42,250 nucleotides of DNA. It comes from an uncultured Alphaproteobacteria bacterium (lineage in GTDB: Bacteria > Electryoneota > RPQS01). Shown in pieces: positions 17,300-26,744 of this stretch. Under the pieces are notes generated by a model. The model was not told where the DNA came from. It ran no database searches and saw nothing but the letters and a program-made list of their open reading frames with translations. Within the stretch, counting starts at the first letter, position 1. Every line of letters starts with the position of its first letter. The position numbers and the translations under genes are program-made. The DNA is taken from positions 1-42,250 of the forward strand of contig CAYJKM010000006.1 of the NCBI GenBank assembly GCA_964370805.1, in the 5' to 3' direction.

Positions 17300-18673
17300 A
17301 TGGGCAAAGAGAAAATTCTGGTGGTCGAAGACGAGGGTGGATATCGGAGCTTTCTGCAGCAACACCTGCAGGAACAGGGATACACGGTCGTCTCGGCCGC
17401 AGACGGCGCGTCTGCGCTTCAAGCATTCGGGGAAGACGTTTTCGATCTGGCACTCGTCGATCTGCGCCTGCCGGGCATGGACGGCGTTGATCTTTTGCGG
17501 CAGATCAAGCTTGTGAATAAAGAGACTCCGGTCATCATGATGACGGCGTACGGTTACGTCCAGAACGCCGTTCATGCGATCAAGTCCGGAGCTTACGATT
17601 ATGTGGCCAAGGAGGAGTTGACCCCGGATGTGCTGGATCTGACGGTGAGTTCGGCGCTGGAGCAGAGTCGTCTGCGTCAGGAAAACGTCCGCCTCAGATC
17701 AGAAGTCGGCACGAAGTACTCGTTCGACAACGTGGTCGGGAAGTCGGCGGCGATGCGCGATGTGCTGCAGAAGATCAAGCGAATTGCGCCCTTCAGCAGC
17801 ACGGTATTGATCACCGGTGAATCCGGGACGGGCAAGGAGGTCACTGCGCGGCTGATTCATTTGCACAGCCGCAGTCAGAATCAGCCATTTGTGACCGTGA
17901 ATTGCGCCGCCATTCCCGAGACCCTGCTTGAATCGGAGCTCTTCGGGTATGTGAAGGGCGCGTTCACCGGCGCCGTACGCACGAAGCGCGGATTATTCGA
18001 GGAAGCGAACGGGGGCACGCTGCTGTTGGACGAGATCGGCGAACTGCCGTTATCTCTTCAGGTCAAACTCTTAAGGGTTTTGCAGGAAGGGAAAATCCGG
18101 CGCTTGGGAGACGTAGCGGAGATTCACGTTGAGGTGCGCGTGATTGCGGCAACGTCACGCAATCTGGCGACTGAGGTGCAAGCCGGGCGATTCCGCGAAG
18201 ACCTGTTCTATCGCTTGAATATCATCCCGATCGTGATGCCGCCGCTGCGCGAGCGCGTGGAAGACATTCCGCTGCTCGTGCACTTCTTTCTGAAGAAGCT
18301 GAAGCGCGAGGGCGAGGTCGTCGACGTGGCGGCGGACGCGATGCAAGTATTGATGAACTACTCGTGGCCGGGCAACGTCCGCGAGCTTCAAAATATCGTC
18401 GAGCGCTCGTTAGTGCTGTCTGATTCGAGCACAATCACGGTGGACTCGCTGCCCGCCGAACTGCGGGAAGCGAATGAATTTTTCCGGGTACATATTCCCG
18501 AAGAGCAATTGAGCATCAAGCAGACTTTGTCCCAGTTGGTGCCGCGCGTGGAGCAGGAGCTGATCACGCGGGCGCTCAAGCGGACGAACAACAATCGGAC
18601 ACGGGCAGCGCGGCTGCTGGAAATTTCGCATCGCTCGCTGCTGTACAAGCTGAAAGAATATCACTGCGCATAA
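17300..18673 (+). CDS. Second sigma54-dependent response regulator (NtrC/AtoC family)
   Basis: Receiver ED...[32 protein letters not shown], Fis HTH. Confidence 0.93.
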   Translation: MGKEKILVVEDEGGYRSFLQQHLQEQGYTVVSAADGASALQAFGEDVFDLALVDLRLPGMDGVDLLRQIKLVNKETPVIMMTAYGYVQNAVHAIKSGAYDYVAKEELTPDVLDLTVSSALEQSRLRQENVRLRSEVGTKYSFDNVVGKSAAMRDVLQKIKRIAPFSSTVLITGESGTGKEVTARLIHLHSRSQNQPFVTVNCAAIPETLLESELFGYVKGAFTGAVRTKRGLFEEANGGTLLLDEIGELPLSLQVKLLRVLQEGKIRRLGDVAEIHVEVRVIAATSRNLATEVQAGRFREDLFYRLNIIPIVMPPLRERVEDIPLLVHFFLKKLKREGEVVDVAADAMQVLMNYSWPGNVRELQNIVERSLVLSDSSTITVDSLPAELREANEFFRVHIPEEQLSIKQTLSQLVPRVEQELITRALKRTNNNRTRAARLLEISHRSLLYKLKEYHCA

Positions 18674-18692
18674 AGGTGGAGGACACGACGAC

Positions 18693-21600
18693 ATGAGACG
18701 TCGTTTCATGATGAGAGTTTGGCTCCCGGCCTGCACTCTGGCAACCATGGTGTTGTGGTTCGGGTGTGAACAAAAGGGCGACATCAGCCCCACCGGTTCC
18801 AGCCGACAAGTTTTGACATTCATTGACACGGTCACGGTGGATCCGATGATTCTGGCTCCGGGCGGAACCGCGAGCGTGGAGGCGCGGATTCTCTCCGAGC
18901 TGAACGAACCGGCCGTCGGCGAAGACGTGCGGTTCAGCGTCACGCGCGGATCGCTGGCCGGTGCACATGCGGATACGACCATCCGCAGCGACAGCTTGGG
19001 GCGCGCGCGCACGACGTACACGGCTCCGGCTGATACCGGGACTGTGCTGGTGCGAACCGAATTACTAAGTATGTCGGAGCTGCGCACCACGTCGCTTTTG
19101 GTCTCCACCACCGACTCCCCGGGCGAAGGACTGCTGTCCGTCTGGAGTGATTTTGACTCCCTTTATGCGGACAACGGCACATCTTATACCCGGATTTATG
19201 CGCGGCTGCGGAACGAGCAGCACAATCCGGTGGGAGGGGTGGACATTCACTTCTCGACCACGGTCGGCACGATTACATCGCCGGTGATCACGGATGTTCT
19301 GACGGGAACCGCGGTTTCGACGCTTGTTTCTTCGACGGAGATCGGGACCGCCGTCGTCGTGGCGCGAACCGGACAGACAAGCGACACGGTTGAGGTCGTC
19401 TTCCTGACACCTGCCGAAGCGAGCCAGATCATCGTCTCGACATCCGTCCCTCAGCTGACGGCGGGTGTGGACAGCGCGATTGTGATGGCACGCGTCTTTG
19501 ATATGAACAGTCTGCCCGTCGTGGACAACACGCTCGTATTCTTCTCGACGACGCGCGGCACACTAACGGCCTTGTCCGCGCGAACGACTGACGGAGTCGC
19601 CGTGACCGTGTTGCTGGCTTCACCAAGCACGGGCGAAGCGGTGATCACGGCGACCACCGGCAATCAAGTCACGGGTCAGGCGAGCGTGCAAATCGTTCCG
19701 GGACCGGTGGCGGCGATCAGCGTCAGTGCAGATGCTGACACGATGTATGCGGACAACAGCAGCGAGACAACGATCACGGCAAATGTGGTGGATAACTTCG
19801 GCAACGGCGTGGCGCAAGGAACCCCGATCGCCTTTTCGGCGACCGGCGGCACCGTGCTGGGCAGTTCGACCGTGGGACCGAACGGTCAAGCGACAACGTC
19901 ATTCCGTGCGGGTCTTGACATCGGCCAGGCAACGATCATTGCATCCAATCTGAACATTCAAGGCAGCGTCAGCATTTATTTGCAGGGAACGCCGGCCACT
20001 TCGATTGCGTTGACGGTCAACCCGCTGGAATTGGAAGCAAACGGCACGAGCCAAGCGCAGTTACGCGCGCTGGTGCTGGACGAGCATAACCAGCCGGTGT
20101 CAAACGGGACGTCGGTGACGTTCACGTCTGAAAGTGGCGTGATCTCGGGCGGCGACGGCGGACCGAGTTCGCTTCAGCAGCGCAATCACCGCAAGGACAC
20201 GGGTGCGTGGGCGAGTGCGATCGAACGCAGTAACGTCGTCGTACCGGTCAGCTCCGATTCCAAGTATGGCCTGAGCAGCAAGCACAGCCCAATCACTTCA
20301 ACTTACACGACAGTCACAGCGGCCGGCTATGCGGTTGCGACTCTGACCAGCCCCACGACGGCTGGCGGCGATGAGATCGGTGCGGCGGTCGGCGAGCTAT
20401 CCGACGAGCAGCCGGTCAATTACGTGGCGGGCGCTCCGGCGATGATCGAAGTCACTCCGCAAGCGCAGGAGCTTCCTGCGGACGGAGTCAGCTCCACGAC
20501 GGTAAGCTGCGTGGTGACCGATGCCTTCGGCAATAACGTGGGCAGCGGCGTGGCGGTCACAGCCAGCTCGACCCTGGGAAGCCTTAACCCGATTTCCGGT
20601 TACACGAATAATAGCGGCGTGTTTGTGACGACGCTCGTGTCGTCACGGCAGCGCGGCATGTGCGCCGTAGTGGCGACAGTCGAGGGAGCAAGCGGCTATG
20701 GGGAACTTCAGTTTGTCGCTCCTGACGTCGCCGGCGTTGTCCTCGGCGCCGACCAGATCTCAATCCTTGCGAATGGTTTGTCCACGGCCATGCTGACGGC
20801 AATGGCAGTCGATCAATATGGTCTGCCGGTGAGCGGAGCCAGCGCCAATTGGCAGGTGTCTGCCGGGCCGGGAAGTCTGCTGCCGCTTTCTTCGGTCACA
20901 GATACGCTCGGCATGGTGCGAGCCCTATTCTACAGTGGAGCCTCCGAGATTGATGCTGACCAGAATGTGACGGTAACGATTGAGTCCCACAGCGACATGC
21001 GCATGATTCGCCAACTCGGCGTCAGCATGGCCGCTTGGGTGGACGACGAACAGTTGCCGGCCGACGGGAACAGCACGACTCCGGTGAACGTGCAGGTGCG
21101 TGAAACGACAAGCGGCGTCGCCATTCCGGAAGCGACGGTGCGATTCGCAGTCAACAATGGATCGATTCCGCAGACAGCCGTCACGGATGCCAGCGGCGTG
21201 GCAGTCGCGAACTATGAGAGTAGCGAAGTACCGGGAGCGGTCGAAATCAACTGCCTCTATGGCGATACGCTGCGCGCGCAAGCCGCCCTATATTTGACCG
21301 ACACAGCGGCGGATACTGTCATTGCGGCGGTGGCGCAGAATGAACTTACCGCGGACGGAGTCTCCAGCACGCTGGTGACTGCTCTGGTTTTCAATGAAGG
21401 AATGGACGTCGTTCCCAATACGCCGGTAACGTTCGAAGTTGACGGCGCGGGCTCGTTCTTCCCGGCGATTGTTTACACGAATGAAAACGGCATTGCCATT
21501 TCCACTTATCAAACGGCGGCCTTGACACAAGACGAGGAAGTCACACTGAACGTGTCCATTGAGCGCAGCAACGTGGAATCGCAGGTGATGCTGCGCGGTG

Positions 21601-24600
21601 TCAGCATGATGGCCAATTCAGTCTTGCAGGCGATGCCGGCGAATGGCACTTCGACAACTGACGTGAGTGTTGAGCTGCGGTTTGCCTCAAGCCTGGTGGC
21701 GATTTCCGGAGCCACAGTGCAATTCGGTTCGAGCTTGGGGAGTGTGCCCGCATCGGCAGTGACCGATTCCTCCGGTGTCGCTCGTGTGACGTTTACCGCC
21801 GGGACGGAAGTCGGCGTGGCGACGGTGATTGCGCGATTTGGCAACCTCTTAACCGATACGCTTTCTATTGACTTGTTTGCACCTGCTGCGAACATGCTGA
21901 GCATGGAGGCGGTGAATGCGACGCTGTTAGCTGACGGCGTCAACAGCACAATTCTGACGTCAATGGTGACGGATCAGATGGGCGCTCCGGTCAACGGAGC
22001 TGAGGTTGCGTGGACGCTGAATGGTGCGGGCTCATTGGCCAGTGCTGTGACGCTGACTGACGCCTCAGGAATGGCTGTAAATGTCTACACGGCGCCGGCG
22101 TCAAGCACGGATCAATCGAGTTCAATCCAGGCCACGGCCGGTGCAGGCTCGGACGAGATCAATGTGCAGACGTTAGGTGTGACGCTCAGTTTGAGTGTGG
22201 ATGATAATTTGCTGCCGGCAAACGGTCTCTCGATGACGCAGGTGCGCGCACAGCTTCGCGAAACCACAAGCATGGTGGCGATTCAGAACGCCGTCGTGAA
22301 CTTCGGGACGTCATTGGGTTCCGTAGCAGGAACCGTTTTGACGGATGAGGCGGGCATGGCTGTGGCGGACTTCACGACCGGCATGGAAGCCGGAACGGCC
22401 ACTATCGTCAGCCTGTACGGAAACACACTCAGCGATACCACGACGCTGCAAATGTACGTGCCGTCCGCTTCCAGTATTTCGTTGAGCCCGAGCGAGTCGA
22501 GCATTCGCGCGGATGGAGTTGCGACGATCTTCGTCACGGCAATGGTGCTGGACGAGGCCGGCGTGCCGTTGGGTCTGGCGCCGGTATCATGGGCGGTTGA
22601 AGCGGGAACGATTCAGTTTGCGCAGACAGCCACGAGTTCGGTCGGTTCGGCGACAATGACGTATCAGAGCGCGGCGTCGATGACCGATAATCCCGTGGAT
22701 ATCTCGATTACATGCGGAACCGTGACTCAGTCCACGACCGTGCTGGCAAGAGGCGTTACGGTGGACATCACGGCGGTGCCGAATATCGTGATCGCGGACG
22801 GGAATTCCACGTCGCAGATTCAGGCACATGTTTATGAGACCACGACCAACATCGCCGTCAGCGGCGAGGACGTCAGTTTCGGCACAACGCTGGGCACAAT
22901 TCCCAATTATACTACGACAAATTCGTCCGGACTGGCAGTGGTCTTGTTGACGTCCTCAACGGAAACCGGCACGGCGAATGTCACCGCAACCGTCGGCGCA
23001 GGACTCATGGATCAAACGCAAGTGACGTTTGCGCCGTCCACGCCGACTACGCTTTCGCTGACGGCGTCGCCGACGATTCTACTTGCTGACAATGTCTCCA
23101 CGTCCACATTGACGGCCGTGGTAACGGATCAGAATGGCAACCCCGTTCCTAACGGGACGCAGGTACGATTCAGTATTCCGCCGCAAAGCGGCTCGCTGGA
23201 AAACCTGCGCACGACGACTGCCGGCGTAGCAACCAACGTTTTGACGTCCAGTTCGACACCGGACACACTGACGATTGTCGCGTGGGCTGAGTCAAACTCT
23301 GAAGCGCGCGACAGCGTCACAGTTGTGTACATTGTCGGGCCGCCGTCGGTCGTGCAGTTGTCGGCGCAGAGCGATACTCTGCAGGCGAACGGAATCGCTG
23401 TGGATTCGATCACGGCGCACGTCACGGACGCGGTCGGCCATGCCTTGTCGAACGTGGAGGTGCTGTTCACGACGACCGTGGGCAACATTACCTCCAGTCG
23501 CGTGACGAACTCCAGCGGTGATGCCCGCGTGGCCTTCACGTCAGCACAAACAGGCACAGCTCTGATTACGGCAAACGCGTCGGGCGCACTTGGCTACTAC
23601 ACGGTTTACCTGATTCCGGGTGATCCCAACAGCATTCAGATGGAGTACTTCCCGAGTTCGGTCGGCGTGCGCGGCAGCGGTCGAAATGAGACATTGCTCA
23701 TTACCGCGACAGTTCGAGATGCGAACAACAATCCGGTCATTGACGGAACTCCGGTCTACTTCAATATCAACAATTCGCCGGGCGGTGGAGACTTCCTGTC
23801 CTCGTACGGCGCCATTCCGACGATCAACGGTCAGGCAAGCGTGTCCTACAACAGCGGCACGGTGTCAGGCAGCGTGCGCATCCGCGCGATCTGCGACGAC
23901 ATCACGGCCGTTTCGACGGAGATCTTGATTTACGCGGGGCCGCCGTACATTGAAGACATATCGGATGGGTGCTTGTCGAGCCACATGTCGCTGGCATCAT
24001 CGCCGTGCAACATGTTTGGAATGGACTTTGTCGGAGACTCGGTGATGCTGGTCGCACTGGTTGGCGACCGCTACAACAACCCGGTGACGCCCGGAACGGC
24101 CGTGTACTTCACGACGTCGGGCGGTGTGGTCACAACGGCGACGGGTTATACGGATTCCACCGGCTTTGCCCGAGTCACTCTGTATTCAGGTAATCCGCTG
24201 CCCACGATAGACCGCTGGTACAATACCTTGTCCGATCCCAACATGGGTGGCGCGATCCTTTGCACGTTCCCGCCGACGCAGCCGGGTGTGGCCAAGGTTT
24301 TGGCGACGTCCGCCGGTGTGGACGCCAACGGCGACAGCGTGATCGTGTGGTCGAGCACCGAAGTTATCTTCAACTATCGTGCGCCGGTACTGGCCATTCG
24401 CGAAGCAAGTGTTAATGGAGATCCGGATGAGCGCGAGTTGTTCATCGGCGAGAATGCGTTGATCACCATTGCGACATACGACCCCGACTACTGGCCGTTA
24501 GTTTACGGATCGACGCTGACGTTTTCGGCCAGCAAGGGAAATGTTTATCCCGGAACGATCACGATTGGCTGCCCCGGCGACACGACGTACACGGTGAGCT

Positions 24601-24734
24601 TCTTCAATGATCTGACCCTGAACGATGACGACGCAGCGACGCCGGTGCTGATCAGCGTGGATACCCGTCAAGGCGACGCGTACGCGTTTACCGAGACATT
24701 TACGCTGCGCGCGGCGCTGCCGGGCGGCCCCTGA
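18693..24734 (+). CDS. Giant lipoprotein with invasin/intimin-like Ig (Big_1) repeats
   Basis: Lipobox-like LWFG|C; recurring (A/P)A(D/N)GxSx(T/S)xxxAxVxDxxGNPV...VxF...G motif about every 95 aa; Thr/Ser/Val-rich. Confidence 0.85.
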   Translation: MRRRFMMRVWLPACTLATMVLWFGCEQKGDISPTGSSRQVLTFIDTVTVDPMILAPGGTASVEARILSELNEPAVGEDVRFSVTRGSLAGAHADTTIRSDSLGRARTTYTAPADTGTVLVRTELLSMSELRTTSLLVSTTDSPGEGLLSVWSDFDSLYADNGTSYTRIYARLRNEQHNPVGGVDIHFSTTVGTITSPVITDVLTGTAVSTLVSSTEIGTAVVVARTGQTSDTVEVVFLTPAEASQIIVSTSVPQLTAGVDSAIVMARVFDMNSLPVVDNTLVFFSTTRGTLTALSARTTDGVAVTVLLASPSTGEAVITATTGNQVTGQASVQIVPGPVAAISVSADADTMYADNSSETTITANVVDNFGNGVAQGTPIAFSATGGTVLGSSTVGPNGQATTSFRAGLDIGQATIIASNLNIQGSVSIYLQGTPATSIALTVNPLELEANGTSQAQLRALVLDEHNQPVSNGTSVTFTSESGVISGGDGGPSSLQQRNHRKDTGAWASAIERSNVVVPVSSDSKYGLSSKHSPITSTYTTVTAAGYAVATLTSPTTAGGDEIGAAVGELSDEQPVNYVAGAPAMIEVTPQAQELPADGVSSTTVSCVVTDAFGNNVGSGVAVTASSTLGSLNPISGYTNNSGVFVTTLVSSRQRGMCAVVATVEGASGYGELQFVAPDVAGVVLGADQISILANGLSTAMLTAMAVDQYGLPVSGASANWQVSAGPGSLLPLSSVTDTLGMVRALFYSGASEIDADQNVTVTIESHSDMRMIRQLGVSMAAWVDDEQLPADGNSTTPVNVQVRETTSGVAIPEATVRFAVNNGSIPQTAVTDASGVAVANYESSEVPGAVEINCLYGDTLRAQAALYLTDTAADTVIAAVAQNELTADGVSSTLVTALVFNEGMDVVPNTPVTFEVDGAGSFFPAIVYTNENGIAISTYQTAALTQDEEVTLNVSIERSNVESQVMLRGVSMMANSVLQAMPANGTSTTDVSVELRFASSLVAISGATVQFGSSLGSVPASAVTDSSGVARVTFTAGTEVGVATVIARFGNLLTDTLSIDLFAPAANMLSMEAVNATLLADGVNSTILTSMVTDQMGAPVNGAEVAWTLNGAGSLASAVTLTDASGMAVNVYTAPASSTDQSSSIQATAGAGSDEINVQTLGVTLSLSVDDNLLPANGLSMTQVRAQLRETTSMVAIQNAVVNFGTSLGSVAGTVLTDEAGMAVADFTTGMEAGTATIVSLYGNTLSDTTTLQMYVPSASSISLSPSESSIRADGVATIFVTAMVLDEAGVPLGLAPVSWAVEAGTIQFAQTATSSVGSATMTYQSAASMTDNPVDISITCGTVTQSTTVLARGVTVDITAVPNIVIADGNSTSQIQAHVYETTTNIAVSGEDVSFGTTLGTIPNYTTTNSSGLAVVLLTSSTETGTANVTATVGAGLMDQTQVTFAPSTPTTLSLTASPTILLADNVSTSTLTAVVTDQNGNPVPNGTQVRFSIPPQSGSLENLRTTTAGVATNVLTSSSTPDTLTIVAWAESNSEARDSVTVVYIVGPPSVVQLSAQSDTLQANGIAVDSITAHVTDAVGHALSNVEVLFTTTVGNITSSRVTNSSGDARVAFTSAQTGTALITANASGALGYYTVYLIPGDPNSIQMEYFPSSVGVRGSGRNETLLITATVRDANNNPVIDGTPVYFNINNSPGGGDFLSSYGAIPTINGQASVSYNSGTVSGSVRIRAICDDITAVSTEILIYAGPPYIEDISDGCLSSHMSLASSPCNMFGMDFVGDSVMLVALVGDRYNNPVTPGTAVYFTTSGGVVTTATGYTDSTGFARVTLYSGNPLPTIDRWYNTLSDPNMGGAILCTFPPTQPGVAKVLATSAGVDANGDSVIVWSSTEVIFNYRAPVLAIREASVNGDPDERELFIGENALITIATYDPDYWPLVYGSTLTFSASKGNVYPGTITIGCPGDTTYTVSFFNDLTLNDDDAATPVLISVDTRQGDAYAFTETFTLRAALPGGP

Positions 24735-24779
24735 CGGTGGTGGCAACCCGTTCACTCGACAATGACATAAGAGGTGAAA

Positions 24780-25523
24780 ATGAATAGATCCTTACTTCTC
24801 ATCACAGCGCTGCTTGTCGGCCTGTCCGCCGCCTTCGCCATGTCCGGTGCGCCGGTGTTTTGCATCGGCGAGAAGATGACAGGGATGACCGTTGAGGGCA
24901 CGCAAACAGCCATGAAGCTCAACGGCGAGGATGGCGAGAGTGACTCGTTCACATCGCAGCGGCTGATGCTCACGGCCCATTATGGATTGATGCCCAACAT
25001 GGATTGCGCCATACAACTCGGCGCATCGAATCTCAGCTTCGGCGAACTGTCGTCCGGTTATTCGGAGTTCTCGGCCGACTGGGCGTTCGCGTGGGGTGGC
25101 GGAGTGCGATTCGGATATCCCGACGTAGCGACGCCGTTTCAAGTGCTTGCCGCGGTGAACTATTTCGGATTCCAGCCGCAAGGGCAGACTTCGAATGGGA
25201 CGAAAAATATCAGCACCAATTACCTTTGGCATGAAGTTACTCCCGTCTTGACCGCGGGGTACGCCGTGGGCGCGGTGGTTCCTTACGTGGGAATCAGCAA
25301 GCCGTATTTGTTCGGGAACAAGGACGTGAACGTGTCCTTCAACGGACAAGAGTTTCCGGCGGCCGGAGGAAAGACGAACTATAGCGACGGGGAGCAGGCC
25401 ATTCGCGGCTTGTTCGGCTTGGAATGGCGTTGGCCCGACGGGTATTCATTGAGCGCCGAGGCAGCGGCGAGCGGGGATGGGTTGTGGACGGTATCGATCG
25501 GCATCGCACAAGTCTTAAAGTAA
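24780..25523 (+). CDS. Predicted outer-membrane beta-barrel protein
   Basis: Signal peptide ending AFA; amphipathic Gly/aromatic strands (WGGGVRFGY, VPYVGIS, GLFGLEWRW, WTVSIGIA). Confidence 0.6.
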   Translation: MNRSLLLITALLVGLSAAFAMSGAPVFCIGEKMTGMTVEGTQTAMKLNGEDGESDSFTSQRLMLTAHYGLMPNMDCAIQLGASNLSFGELSSGYSEFSADWAFAWGGGVRFGYPDVATPFQVLAAVNYFGFQPQGQTSNGTKNISTNYLWHEVTPVLTAGYAVGAVVPYVGISKPYLFGNKDVNVSFNGQEFPAAGGKTNYSDGEQAIRGLFGLEWRWPDGYSLSAEAAASGDGLWTVSIGIAQVLK

Positions 25524-25560
25524 GACCGGGCAGGCTGCCATGCCGGAAAGGAGTGCGATC

Positions 25561-25926
25561 ATGAAAATCAAGAAGACTCAGCGCGGCTTCGGCATGCTCG
25601 AAGTCATGATCTCGACGTTCCTGGTGATTCTGGGGCTGCTGGTGATCATGTCATCCATGGTGGCGATGGCGAAATCGAACCGTTACAGCCAGCGCATGGA
25701 CATTGCGAATTCGTTGGCGCGGCGCGAGATGGAACGCGTTCGCAACATGAATTTCGACGACATTGCGAGCGAAACCGGCGCTTACGGAGAGTACTTTGAT
25801 TTTCCCGATTTTCGACATGTGGTGGAGGTGACCACGCAGGGAAACCTGAAGCAAGTGCGGCTGCAGATGTACTTCGAAGGCGATCGGCGACGCGCCGAGC
25901 TGGTAACGTTTGTTGCAGACCTGTAA
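25561..25926 (+). CDS. pilV: Minor pilin, PilV-like
   Basis: QRG|FGMLEVMIS, LARREMERVR. Confidence 0.7.
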   Translation: MKIKKTQRGFGMLEVMISTFLVILGLLVIMSSMVAMAKSNRYSQRMDIANSLARREMERVRNMNFDDIASETGAYGEYFDFPDFRHVVEVTTQGNLKQVRLQMYFEGDRRRAELVTFVADL

Positions 25927-25947
25927 GCACGGAGAAGAAGGCGCAAG

Positions 25948-26718
25948 ATGAAACCGGATGGACAGGGGCAAAGCGGCAAGCGAATTCGGGGCAAACTTTC
26001 CCGGGGGACGTCTCTGCTCGAACTGCTGTTGAGCACGTCGCTGGCGGTGATCCTGATGATGTCCCTGGTCGTACTTTACTATAGCGCGGCGAAGACCGCT
26101 GCCCGGGAAGAGAACTTGAGTTCGGCCAATCGCGATGCGCGCATGGTACTGCGGCGGCTCGCGCGTGAATTCCGGCTCGTCGGATTGATGGCCGCTCAGG
26201 ACGTGGACGGCAACGCGAATGACATCAATCGCGACGTTCCCAATCAGGCGTGGAGCGATTCCACTCGCGACGATTTCGAGTTTGCTACGACCTACGAACT
26301 GGCCTACACGTCTGATGTCGATGACGATGGACTGACCGAAACGGTCTGGCTGTATCTGGATGGCAATCAGTTGAAGCAAGAGATCTGGGAGTGGTCGCGC
26401 GATTCGGTGCGTTGGCGCCAACCCAACATTCGCGTCTTAGCATCAAACGTGGATTACCTGCTGTTTGACTACTATGACCGCTTGCAGGAGCGCATTCCGG
26501 ATCCGACCGGCTATCCGGCCGGTGGCTTCACCTTGACGAGCGGCGAACGGCGCAGCGTGACCACGGTGGAAGTGACCGTCGTGTTGCGCTCGGCACATGA
26601 AGAGAACGCTGACAGTGAGTATTTAAGCATGCCGGACGGACAGGTATTCTACGATAAATACCGGCGCAGCATGTACCGCTTTATGATTCGCGGCCGCAAT
26701 TTGAGTCTGGGCGCATAG
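25948..26718 (+). CDS. pilW: Minor pilin, PilW-like
   Basis: RG|TSLLELLLS, ARMVLRRLAREFRLVG, VLASNV, acidic DVDDDG loop. Confidence 0.7.
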   Translation: MKPDGQGQSGKRIRGKLSRGTSLLELLLSTSLAVILMMSLVVLYYSAAKTAAREENLSSANRDARMVLRRLAREFRLVGLMAAQDVDGNANDINRDVPNQAWSDSTRDDFEFATTYELAYTSDVDDDGLTETVWLYLDGNQLKQEIWEWSRDSVRWRQPNIRVLASNVDYLLFDYYDRLQERIPDPTGYPAGGFTLTSGERRSVTTVEVTVVLRSAHEENADSEYLSMPDGQVFYDKYRRSMYRFMIRGRNLSLGA

Positions 26719-26744
26719 GATTACATTAGACCGGAGACCCCGAG

